A stretch of 52,357 nt of DNA. Source: Patescibacteria group bacterium (GTDB lineage Bacteria > Patescibacteriota > Minisyncoccia > JAHIHE01 > JAGLIN01). Both the position numbers and the translations under genes were made by a program. Positions 36,471 through 45,371 of this stretch are shown piece after piece. Position 1 is the first letter of the stretch; each line of letters starts with the position of its first letter. The notes beneath the pieces were generated by a model. The model worked only from the letters and a program-made list of their open reading frames with translations. It did not search any database and was not told where the DNA came from. The DNA lies in NCBI GenBank assembly GCA_041670805.1, contig JBAXYM010000004.1, forward strand, positions 1 through 52,357. Reading direction: 5' to 3'.

Positions 36471-38432
36471 TTAAGAAATACCCAATTCTCTTTTTGTATC
36501 TTCCGGCAATCCTTTAACTTTTTTCATATACTTTATAAAAGGATTATCGTAGAGTATCTGTCCTAAAAAAGATACAATACTCATCAAAAAACTTGATGCA
36601 TCATTATATTTTATTTTTGCTATATAATAAAGCAAGATTGAAATCAATAAGATTGTAATACACCTATAAAAAAGTTCTTTGTCTAGTTGTTTTTTATTAT
36701 CTTTAATCTTTCCTTCTATAAGTTGCCCCTCTCTTTTAATTCTCTTTTCTTTCTCTTCTTCATATTTTTTTTCAGTATCCCTTCTTTTTTCTTCTTGTGC
36801 TTCGATTTCTTGTTTTATCGTCCCCTCTTCTCTTTCACAAATCCTGTTAATTCTTAGCTGAAGATATGTATCTTCAATTTTTTTTCCAGACATCCTCTCT
36901 TTTGCGACTATATTAACGATTTCCTTCACTTTACCTGATGGTAAGTTTGCAGTATTATTATAAATTTTATGAAACCAGTACAGGTCTTCAATAGTATATA
37001 TATTTTCCGGAGGATGGAACTGCGATAAAAGAACATTCGCAAATAAAGGGGTATAATTCACAGCGTCATAGTCATCTGAACAAAAATTAATTGATAATAA
37101 CTGAATTAAAGCATCCAAGGAGATAACTTTAGGCGAAGTATTTTTACTAAGAATATCGCTTGAATATTTTTGCAAAGATCTGTCTAAAGTTAAGACATAA
37201 GTGTTTTTTCTCTCCTGTCTTAAGAGATCAATAACATAAAACAGTGCTACGTCATGACTCAAGGCGGTTTCTGTTTTTGATCTAAACCAAGAAGGCTTTG
37301 TTTCTTTATAAGATTCGCGCAATCTTTCTTTTAGCTTACTGTCTTTTTCAGCATTTGATATATTATCAACTATCTCCTCATATTCTTCTATTTGGATATT
37401 TTGATTTTCTGAAAACTTTTCTGGCATTTCTCTTATGCTTTCAAAAAATCTTTCACAATCTTCTTTCGTCCTGCACCCTCTCGCTTTAGCCGTTTTAACA
37501 AAATCATCATTCGAATCAAGCACTACATCCACATTAAACTTATCTAGAAGATTGATAATCTGAGATTGCCTACTGTTTACAACTCTGTTATACTCCTCTT
37601 TCGTTGGCCTTATATAAACCGTTTCACAGTTTAATTTTGACAAAGTATCTCCAAAAGAGTTAAGCGAACCAGAAATCTTATGACTTTCAAGCGCTAATGC
37701 AAAAAATACGTTTGTATCCACTATAATTTTCGCTTTTTCTATTTCGTTTACTGTTAGAGGATCTGCGCTAACCTCACTAGCCACCAGCCTCGCAAAAAAC
37801 ATTGATCGTATGAGACTATTTAACAGTATTAGATCTTCACGATCATTGCTTGATATAAAATCAACAAAGCCCCGCACTAAATCATCTTTATATTTAGAAA
37901 GTTTATGCTTTTCGATGGATACTTCTAATATTTCCTCCAAAGTTTTAATTTTTGAGAAATTTGGTTTTATATTTTTACAAATTGATTTAACCAATTCATC
38001 TCCATAAGCACCAAAAAAAATAGATACAGCGTCATAAAACCAATCTTTCAGCACCTCTATGTCTATTTCTTTTGTAAAATGTTTCGTTAATACTTTTTCC
38101 TTTTCTAGATTATTGCTTTTTAATACTTCAAGGATCCTTTCTCTCTCTTTACCGCTCAATGACCATTTGTTAGACATTTTTTCTATTCCAAAGGTTCCAG
38201 AAAAATCCTGCAATGATTTTCCCACCAATACGATAGAAATTCCTTTTGTATGAATCAGTTTGGATATCTCTGATGCTATCTCTTCTTTAGTTAACGCTTC
38301 ATTTCTTACAAACAATACCTTTGCACATAATTGAGCAAAAGCTAAATTCTTAAGAGGAATAGCTCTTGCATTATATTTTAAGTTAACAGAAACAATCTGA
38401 TCAATGTCTATACTATCAGAGTATTTATCCAT
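36471..38432 (-). CDS. 653-aa protein: N-terminal wHTH-like region, PIN-like nuclease fold, coiled coil, C-terminal TM helices
   Basis: KIIVDTNVFFALAL and YVLTLDRSL resemble PIN acidic motifs. Charged coiled coil (EAQEEKRRDTEKKYEEEKEKR). Hydrophobic helices ITILLISILLYYIA and FLMSIVSFLGQIL. Confidence 0.5.
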   Translation of the reverse strand: MDKYSDSIDIDQIVSVNLKYNARAIPLKNLAFAQLCAKVLFVRNEALTKEEIASEISKLIHTKGISIVLVGKSLQDFSGTFGIEKMSNKWSLSGKERERILEVLKSNNLEKEKVLTKHFTKEIDIEVLKDWFYDAVSIFFGAYGDELVKSICKNIKPNFSKIKTLEEILEVSIEKHKLSKYKDDLVRGFVDFISSNDREDLILLNSLIRSMFFARLVASEVSADPLTVNEIEKAKIIVDTNVFFALALESHKISGSLNSFGDTLSKLNCETVYIRPTKEEYNRVVNSRQSQIINLLDKFNVDVVLDSNDDFVKTAKARGCRTKEDCERFFESIREMPEKFSENQNIQIEEYEEIVDNISNAEKDSKLKERLRESYKETKPSWFRSKTETALSHDVALFYVIDLLRQERKNTYVLTLDRSLQKYSSDILSKNTSPKVISLDALIQLLSINFCSDDYDAVNYTPLFANVLLSQFHPPENIYTIEDLYWFHKIYNNTANLPSGKVKEIVNIVAKERMSGKKIEDTYLQLRINRICEREEGTIKQEIEAQEEKRRDTEKKYEEEKEKRIKREGQLIEGKIKDNKKQLDKELFYRCITILLISILLYYIAKIKYNDASSFLMSIVSFLGQILYDNPFIKYMKKVKGLPEDTKRELGIS

Positions 38433-38560
38433 ATAATTTTATTAATTATATATGAATATTAACCCTTTTAGACCATTTTGCAAATAAAAGTCAAAATTAT
38501 CAATTTAGAATCCTAGCCCTCGCTAGATTATAAAAATAACCGTTTCGGCAAAGAGATATC

Positions 38561-38870
38561 AACCAGTCGGTTGCACAGAAATATTTCTGTGCAGTTCAAA
38601 ACCCTTTCCCGTCACAAAAATACCGAGTTTAAACTCGGTATTTTATCCTGTTTTAGCGACGCATACGGGTCGCTTTCACAAGAATTGACTGCTCCGGCAA
38701 TGGGATGCGAACCGGTCGGTTGCACGAAAATATTGCCGTCAGTTCGATACCCGTTTCTGTCACAAAAAACACCAGATTTGACACTGGTGTTTTTTGGCTT
38801 GTTTAAGCGACTGTAGGTCGGTCGCTTTCACAAGAATTGACTGCTCGGGGTCTGGGACGATGTTGGAACG
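38561..38870. repeat. module-boundary repeat units C1 (38561-38697) and C2 (38711-38870), tandem, long form
   Basis: Each unit: GGTCGGTTGCAC hairpin region, AGTTC(A/G)A.ACCC, A-run, hairpin (TACCGAG..CTCGGTA or CACCAG..CTGGTG), T-run, then C(C/T)TGTTT(T/A)AGCGAC-N8/9-GTCGCTTTCACAAGAATTGACTGCTC. Confidence 0.85.
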
Positions 38871-38955
38871 TTTTTTAGGGGAAAAATGATGTAATATTAA
38901 TATTACAATTATGACTTTTATTATAAGTTAAGAATTATTTCGTCCATATAATTAT

Positions 38956-39216
38956 CTAATTATCGAATGCTTCTATGGCTTCAATACCAATCGCATATTT
39001 CGAATAATACCTGCTTGCATAACCTTCAAGATCTTCGATATCGTTTGAAATTTCTTTAAAAATTTCAAAAAATTCAGCAGAGGACAACCCCTTATCATTG
39101 TTTCTATAAGCTTCGGCAACGAATTGATAAAATCTCTTAAGATCGTCTGGATGTCCACTAGTCCAAGTGTCCTGTGTCAGAAAATATTTTAATTTTTCCT
39201 GTGTTCCTTCTTGCAT
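38956..39216 (-). CDS. hypothetical 86-aa cytoplasmic protein
   Basis: Single small ORF flanked on both sides by module-boundary repeat units. No family recognised. Confidence 0.4.
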   Translation of the reverse strand: MQEGTQEKLKYFLTQDTWTSGHPDDLKRFYQFVAEAYRNNDKGLSSAEFFEIFKEISNDIEDLEGYASRYYSKYAIGIEAIEAFDN

Positions 39217-39270
39217 ATTTTTAAAGTTAATAATTATACCTATATCCTATCATAAGTATACAGAAAGCCC

Positions 39271-39351
39271 TAGTTCTCCTAATGGTATAAAAAATAACCG
39301 CTTAAACAAGCGATTATTTGACTGGCTCGGAATCTGGGACGATGTTAGAAC
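39271..39351. repeat. module-boundary repeat unit, short form
   Basis: TAGTTCTCC..GGTATAAAAAA, hairpin AACCGCTTAAACAAGCGATT, then ATTTGACTGGCTCGGAATCTGGGACGATGTTAGAAC. The tail matches C2 (TTGACTGCTCGGGGTCTGGGACGATGTTGGAAC). Confidence 0.6.
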
Positions 39352-39396
39352 ATTTTTAACAACAAACACAGCTTGCCCTCAAATAAACTAGAGATT

Positions 39397-39642
39397 TTAT
39401 ATCCCGTTCCTTTTTAGACAGATATCAAATGCAAACTCATAGATTTGTTTTTTTTCTGAGGGCGCTTCGTCTGCCGATTTAAGAGCTTCCAAATTACAGG
39501 TTTTCTTTACCTCACTTGGTCGCCATTCATACCAATAGAATAATCCTAGACTAACAAAAATTATAAGAAGAAACGGTAAAGCTTTTACGATTTTTGATTT
39601 CATATAATGTAATTTAGTGCTACATTCCTTGTAGATCAACAC
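39397..39642 (-). CDS. small membrane protein
   Basis: 81 aa with one TM helix (ALPFLLIIFVSLGLFYWY). Overlaps the upstream gene by 23 nt. Confidence 0.4.
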   Translation of the reverse strand: MLIYKECSTKLHYMKSKIVKALPFLLIIFVSLGLFYWYEWRPSEVKKTCNLEALKSADEAPSEKKQIYEFAFDICLKRNGI

Positions 39643-40378
39643 CGCATAAAATCAAATATGCCCTATCAATATTCGGAAGTGCCGTCCCATAACTCATATA
39701 ATCCCCAATTTTTTTAACAATGACGGCCAGTCTTTCTCTCTTATCCAATAAATAATTGTATCTTTCTGCCATAGCGTTATATTCAGAAACTGAACTTGTT
39801 TGTCTTGTAGCTATCTCTAATTCCGCCAGTTCAGTGTTTATATCCTTTGCTATAGACGATATTTCTTTGTCTATTGCAGCCCCCTTAGTTATTCTATCCA
39901 ATCTCGCTTGCGTTTCAGAATTATATATAGCGTCGGTTTTATTTCCAGTATCAGTTCTAGAAATTTTATCCTCTATACTCCCCCTATAAATATAATTGCC
40001 AAAATCAGTAGCATTTATAGTATAAGCGGAGTTTAGGTCGTATCCGTCGGTAGATGTTAACACATATTTATCTCCATTATCTCCATTAGGAAAAAGTTTG
40101 TATACAGCAGTATATCCATCAACCCTTACCAAATCCGAAGTTGTATAAGAGTCCATCTCGGATTGAGAAATTGTTAAAAGGTTTTCCCATTTCAAATGTC
40201 CGTAACTTTTAAAGACTAAAGGATTTAAAACTAACCGCTTATACTGCTTACCTGCATTATACTTTACGATATATACGTCTGGGTTATTAGCCGTTTTGAC
40301 GATAGCACCTTCTGGAATAGTTGAGGCATTAGCACTAAAAGCAAACAAAAATGCGAATAAAAACAATAACTTTTTCAT
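39620..40378 (-). CDS. secreted protein, unknown function
   Basis: Signal peptide MKKLLFLFAFLFAFSANA. 252 aa. Confidence 0.6.
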   Translation of the reverse strand: MKKLLFLFAFLFAFSANASTIPEGAIVKTANNPDVYIVKYNAGKQYKRLVLNPLVFKSYGHLKWENLLTISQSEMDSYTTSDLVRVDGYTAVYKLFPNGDNGDKYVLTSTDGYDLNSAYTINATDFGNYIYRGSIEDKISRTDTGNKTDAIYNSETQARLDRITKGAAIDKEISSIAKDINTELAELEIATRQTSSVSEYNAMAERYNYLLDKRERLAVIVKKIGDYMSYGTALPNIDRAYLILCGVDLQGM

Positions 40379-41337
40379 ATTTAGTATATTAAATTAATGA
40401 CAACTCTTAATACAAATGATACAACTTTTATAAGATAAGTCAAAATAACGAACAAATCACAAGCTCTTTACAAAATCTATAAAAGGTATATAATACTATT
40501 AGTTTGATTAACTGTGTTGTGGCTACAAATTTTTGTTAAATTATACTGCGAAAAACGCTATTACTAGTAGCGTTTTTTATATTATATATACCTCATAATA
40601 ATCCTTTCTATTATAAATAACGTTATTCTTTTAATTATCTCTCTCATTTCTTTTTTTAACTTTATCATATTTTTGTGTAATGTTAGATTGTAGCCACAAC
40701 GCAACAAACCAATTTTTTATACAAAAAGGGCGATCTATGCTTTTAACACAAATCGCCCCGATAAATTCTAATATAAGCTATCTCTTTTTTGCTAAAGAAT
40801 TTAAACATATAAAAAAGGCACATAATGCCTCGCCCTTAAATCTTTTTCACTTCACTATAGTTGCAGTATATCATGGATTGGTTTTTTTGTCAATACCCTG
40901 CCTATAAATCCCTATACTAAGCCTATTATAGGCTATTACATTTTTTTAGCCTGATTTTAGCATAAAGTCAGGTCAGAACAAATAAAGAAAGTTATCCATA
41001 GCACCCTCTATTTTACTGAGAAATTTTAAAAAATTGCCAAGAATAATAATATGGTGTAAAATGGCTTTAACGTTTTAGAACTTTGAAAAATCAAACTATT
41101 ATTATTTATTTTTATTTATTATTATATACACCACAAATATATTATAGTTGCATATTATTATCTTATTTATTAGCGGCCTAGCGCTCTAGGAGCCACATAT
41201 ATTACATTATCTCAAAGCAACACTCAAAAAAAGAAGGTGAAATCAAATTATTATTATTATTTTTATTTCATCTTCTTTTTTAAAACAATCTAGCATTGGT
41301 TCTTTAAAAAGCGGATGAAATACTCATCTGTTTTTTT

Positions 41338-41499
41338 ATGTATAAATTCAGTCAAAAACTTAGAAAGCGGATTATCGCCTATTTCTTACAAGAGCATAAG
41401 GTCGTAATCACAAATGAAAAAGCCGAGCAATACTTAGACTCTTTGGCTGATTTTTATTTGGCTTTGAGCCAGAAAAAAGGAACAAAGCAAGCTTTCTAG
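41338..41499 (+). CDS. possible 53-aa ORF upstream of rep (not in ORF track)
   Basis: My translation: MYKFSQKLRKRIIAYFLQEHKVVITNEKAEQYLDSLADFYLALSQKKGTKQAF*. No clear SD. Confidence 0.25.
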   Translation: MYKFSQKLRKRIIAYFLQEHKVVITNEKAEQYLDSLADFYLALSQKKGTKQAF

Positions 41500-41766
41500 A
41501 AAGCGGTTTGGTTCTTTTTTATGGCGCAAAGCGTTATACATCGCAAAAACGTTGAAGACTCACAAAAACTATTTTCGTCTTACCGAAGGCATTTCATTTT
41601 CCGGTAATCCGGAAAATAGCGGAGCAGTCCTCCGTAGGAGGACAAGCGGAGCCTCTCCGGTAAGACGGATACCACCCAATTGTTGGAGTCTCCTCGCTCT
41701 CTCGTATGGTTATACTTGATATATTGCATACTTAATCAGAAAACTAATTAATCAAATTACAACAAT

Positions 41767-42606
41767 ATGAAAAAAATCACAAACAAAAAAATGATAGTCT
41801 CAGGGGATTTCGTAGAAATCTTTGAATTTGAAGAAGGTGTCATTTATGGAAAAGACGACCGCCCGAGAAAAAGCACCTACGTTGGAATCAGAAAAGAAAA
41901 CACCTTAGAAAATAGGCAGAGATCCTTGGGAACTGCCAAAGGCAATTTAAAAAGATTAATAAACGCCAATGCTGGAAAATGGGAAGATAAATATGGTCAG
42001 TGGTTTATGCCTGTTTTTCTCACACTTACTTTTGCGGAAAATATAACCAACATCAAAAGAGCAAATCGGATTTTCAGCAAATTCAAACAGAGACTCGATT
42101 ATGAAATAATGGGAAAGAAAAAAAGCTATTTAAAGTATGTTGGAATTATAGAATTTCAGAAAAGAGGCGCAATCCATTATCACGTTTTAATTTTCAATCT
42201 CCCCTATTTGGAAAATATCTATGACAAAATAAGGGAGATATGGGGAGAGGGTCACATTATTGTAAAATCCATAAAAGATATAAAAACTGTCGCCTCTTAT
42301 GTCTGTAAATATATGACCAAAGGAAAAGCCGATGAAAGACTGTGCGGACAAAAAAGTTATTTTTCAAGCAACGGACTTAAGAAGCCAATTGAGATTTTAA
42401 ATGATAGCCAGATAACAGAAATATTAAATAGTGATCTGGAAAATGTAGAATTTCGCGAAGATAAATTTGTAAGTGAGTTTTGCGGTGAGACTCGCTATAG
42501 AGTATATAATTTGCAGGATATGAAAGCCGCAGGGAAAAATCCAAAAGAATTTCTGGATAAAATAAATCCGAACTTGATAGCAATAAAATTTAATGATACA
42601 GTGTAA
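41767..42606 (+). CDS. rep: HUH rolling-circle replication initiator (Rep)
   Basis: RCR motif 1 FLTLTF, motif 2 AIHYHVLIF (HUH), motif 3 YVCKYMTKG (catalytic Tyr). 279 aa. Confidence 0.8.
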   Translation: MKKITNKKMIVSGDFVEIFEFEEGVIYGKDDRPRKSTYVGIRKENTLENRQRSLGTAKGNLKRLINANAGKWEDKYGQWFMPVFLTLTFAENITNIKRANRIFSKFKQRLDYEIMGKKKSYLKYVGIIEFQKRGAIHYHVLIFNLPYLENIYDKIREIWGEGHIIVKSIKDIKTVASYVCKYMTKGKADERLCGQKSYFSSNGLKKPIEILNDSQITEILNSDLENVEFREDKFVSEFCGETRYRVYNLQDMKAAGKNPKEFLDKINPNLIAIKFNDTV

Positions 42607-42748
42607 GTGCTTACTCAACATAAATAAATGCTATAAAGCTTTATCGTTTTTGTCGCCTGAAATGGGCGGTTCTGCCGACAAAGTTGCTTTATAGTAATTG
42701 TGTTGGGTAAGCCAGAACCGTCCTTTTTAGTTATTTAATTATTAAAAT

Positions 42749-44239
42749 ATGGAATATATAATCTATTGCCGAAAATCATCGGAAGCGGAAGATAGGCAAG
42801 TTCTATCTATCGACTCCCAATTTAACGAATTGCAAAATCTGGCAAAACGAGAAAATCTAAAAATCAAAAAGGTGTTTAAAGAGAGTATGTCCGCCAAAGC
42901 TCCAGGCAGACCTGTTTTTAATGAGATGATGAACTATATCAAAGAAAACGAAAATAAAGAAATAGGGCTTTTGGTTTGGAAACTGGACCGCCTTTCCCGA
43001 AATCCTGTAGATGGAGGAAATTTAATATGGCTGTTAGATACAAAAGATATTTTGGAAATAAAGACTTTTGAAAAAACTTATAAAAATATTGCTGATGACA
43101 AATTTTTTATGAGCATTGATTTTGGTATATCTAAAAAGTTTGTAGACGATTTAAGCGTGAATGTTAAAAGAGGAAACAGGGCAAAACTTGAGACGGGAGG
43201 CTGGCCCAATCACGCCCCGCTTGGATATAAAAATGACAAAACAAACAATACGATAGTGATAGATAAAAAATTATCGGTATATATTGTAAGGTCCTTTGAG
43301 CTTTGCGCTACTGGAAATTACAGCATAAAAGAAATATCCGACGCTTTATATCAAGACGGAATGAGAACGAAATCAGGCAAGAAAGTTTTTAAAGGGACTT
43401 TTCAGAGAATGCTAAATAAAACTTTCTATTACGGCGTTATGGAGAGAGACGGGAAATTTTATAAAGGCACTCATAAACCATTGATATCTAAAGAACTTTT
43501 TGATAAAGCGAAATATGCGCTCGAAGAAAGAAACCGACCCAAGCGACAGAGCCTATTTTTTCCCTATCGAGGTTTTATAAACTGCTCTTGCGGTTGTGCT
43601 TATACTGCTTCGATAAAAAGAGGTCACGACTATTATTATTGCACCAATGGAAAAAGTATCTGTGAGGCTCATAAAAACTATATGCGATCTGAAAATATTG
43701 ATGAGCTAATGGCAGCAGAGCTTGAAAAAATAAAGTTTAATAAAGAAAATATTGAAATTTCATACGAGGCTTGCAAAGAAAAACATCTAAACAATGCGGA
43801 TTATAGAGAAAATGCAAAAGCCAATATCGAGAAAGAGCTTCTAGACGTCCAAAGAAAGGAGGCAAAGCTCTTAGACACATATTTATCCGACTTGATAGAG
43901 CAAAGCCTCTACGAGGCAAAATTGAGAGAATTAGAGAATAATAAAACGGCACTTGAAAGCCAAATTAAGAACTCAAACTTTGTAAATGGAAACGGCGAAA
44001 CTACTTTGGAACAAATAAAAAACATCTTTTTAACCGCTAACAGAGCCAAAGAAAACTTCCTAGAACGCGATCCATCTCAGAAAAGAAACTTGCTTGAAAC
44101 ACTACTTTGGAACGTTGAAATTGAAAACGAAAAAATCGCTCATTCTAGGTTTAAAGAGCCATATACCATACTGGCTAATACTCCTAAAAATTGCGATTTT
44201 TCAACAATGCTCGGGGACAGGGATTCGAACCCCGATTAA
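42749..44239 (+). CDS. large serine recombinase (integrase), paralogue of 27514..28833
   Basis: IIYCRKSSEAEDRQVLSIDSQ, LDRLSRN, recombinase domain, Cys cluster INCSCGC..YYYCTNG, coiled coil. The last 30 nt overlap the 3' end of tRNA-Gln on the opposite strand. Confidence 0.9.
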   Translation: MEYIIYCRKSSEAEDRQVLSIDSQFNELQNLAKRENLKIKKVFKESMSAKAPGRPVFNEMMNYIKENENKEIGLLVWKLDRLSRNPVDGGNLIWLLDTKDILEIKTFEKTYKNIADDKFFMSIDFGISKKFVDDLSVNVKRGNRAKLETGGWPNHAPLGYKNDKTNNTIVIDKKLSVYIVRSFELCATGNYSIKEISDALYQDGMRTKSGKKVFKGTFQRMLNKTFYYGVMERDGKFYKGTHKPLISKELFDKAKYALEERNRPKRQSLFFPYRGFINCSCGCAYTASIKRGHDYYYCTNGKSICEAHKNYMRSENIDELMAAELEKIKFNKENIEISYEACKEKHLNNADYRENAKANIEKELLDVQRKEAKLLDTYLSDLIEQSLYEAKLRELENNKTALESQIKNSNFVNGNGETTLEQIKNIFLTANRAKENFLERDPSQKRNLLETLLWNVEIENEKIAHSRFKEPYTILANTPKNCDFSTMLGDRDSNPD

Positions 44240-44280
44240 CAGGACCAGAACCTGTCGTCCTACCGTTAGACGATCCCCGA
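44210..44280 (-). tRNA. tRNA-Gln (anticodon CUG)
   Basis: Hand-folded cloverleaf. Acceptor TCGGGGA/TCCCCGA (U1-A72), D arm GTCT-AACGGTA-GGAC, anticodon arm ACAGG-TTCTGGT-CCTGT, variable TAAT, T arm CGGGG-TTCGAAT-CCCTG, discriminator G. No encoded CCA. Confidence 0.9.
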
Positions 44281-44424
44281 ATAATATCGATCGGTAGTTT
44301 ATAAAGAATGACTAATAACAAGAAGAAGTATATATCAAAAAAATAGGAAAGTAAAGATTAATGAGGTTTGATGAGAGTTAAAGTTTGATATTTGAATTTT
44401 TGTTTGATAATATTGGATAAAAAT

Positions 44425-44975
44425 GAATTACCCCGCCGCAAGCGGACGAGGTATCCGGCTAGAATAGTCGGAGTTGGTGATCTTCGTGCATTTTCTTGTA
44501 TTCTTGACCTTGGGTTCTAACGTAATCCTTGATCATATCTTCATTTCCATGCTTTCCGACCGTACTTGCAAAATATCCGTCCGTCCAAAATTCTCCTCCC
44601 CATAGCCTTTTCCTAACATCGGGATATAGCTTAAACACTTCTCTGGCTGTTATATTTTTTATCATAGTTACTATCTTTGTCAGGCTATAGGTTGGAACAC
44701 TTTGTACTAGCAAGTGGATGTGATCTTCATCGGTTCCTATTTCTAAAAAATGCACCTCATATCTTTTTTCTATTTCCAAACAAATATCTTTGATTGTATT
44801 ATCAATTTTTTCATCAATAACAACCTTGCGATATTTCGTTGGAAATACGATATGATACATTAGGGCAGTTACATTGTGTCTTTTGTGAATATAGTCGCTC
44901 ATAACCCTATTGTATCATATCTTGGAATCACGCCCCAAGGGGACGGGGAATTAACCCAGAGGGATTAAAAACGCC
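44425..44975 (-). mobile_element. IS200/IS605-family element (tnpA only)
   Basis: The Y1 transposase gene is flanked by GC-rich subterminal hairpins in AT-rich DNA (CCGCCGCAAGCGG at about 44433-44445; CGCCCCAAGGGGACG at about 44931-44945). Ends are approximate. Confidence 0.65.
44459..44902 (-). CDS. tnpA: IS200/IS605 family Y1 (HUH) transposase TnpA
   Basis: YHIVFPTKYRK, DEDHIHLLV (HUH), WGGEFWTDGYFASTVG (catalytic Tyr region). 147 aa. Confidence 0.9.
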   Translation of the reverse strand: MSDYIHKRHNVTALMYHIVFPTKYRKVVIDEKIDNTIKDICLEIEKRYEVHFLEIGTDEDHIHLLVQSVPTYSLTKIVTMIKNITAREVFKLYPDVRKRLWGGEFWTDGYFASTVGKHGNEDMIKDYVRTQGQEYKKMHEDHQLRLF

Positions 44976-45067
44976 AGAGAAGAAAGTCCTGATGTAGTTT
45001 TAACCAACCGCGACATTAAAATTGTTTTTTCTCTTGGAATACCAAACAATATCAGAGCTTATGCCGA

Positions 45068-45187
45068 ATTAACTTAATCTGTTACATAATTGATTTCACA
45101 TTTATTCCCCCTCACCCCGACCCTCTCCCGATAGAAGAGGGAGAAAATCCGAATACTTTATAAGCAGATTGTGATATAGATTAAGTT
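45068..45187. repeat. MITE-like palindromic element, copy 2
   Basis: ATTAACTTAATCTGTTACATAATTGATTTCACATTTATTCCCCCTCACCCCGACCCTCTCCCGATAGAAGAGGGAG..GATTAAGTT. Same orientation as 2613-2732. Confidence 0.8.
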
Positions 45188-45371
45188 GATTTGGTTTTAC
45201 GCGTTTAAACCATAAAAAATCACCTTTCTATAATTCCCGCATTGATACATTCCTTTTGTCATCTTTGTAAAGATCCCTTGTATACGGTTAAACAAAATAA
45301 TCAAGGGATTCTTACCAGAATGACAAAATATCGGTTCTATCGCGAAAAAGAAAGTATTGAAGATTGACCCC

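Noticed and set aside
13152-38850. The GTTTTAGCGAC-N8-GTCGCTTTCAC core looked like a palindromic CRISPR repeat (solo repeats or a degenerate array)
   Set aside because: Copies are single, or about 150 nt apart rather than 60-75 nt. Conservation extends far beyond 30-37 nt into flanking hairpins, and no cas genes are present. I treat it as a dispersed structured repeat instead.
13073-39351. Integron-like attC sites separating cassettes
   Set aside because: No GTTRRRY/RYYYAAC core pair could be read in the units. There is no IntI-type tyrosine recombinase or attI/Pc arrangement in the window, and the cassettes are multi-gene and very large. The cassette analogy is kept only as a loose hypothesis in the findings.
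40680-40907. 75-aa plus-strand ORF in the 1.4-kb AT-rich non-coding stretch
   Set aside because: It starts inside the right arm of the 16-bp inverted repeat, has no SD and has a low-complexity composition. The region is better explained as an origin or regulatory region of the Rep element.
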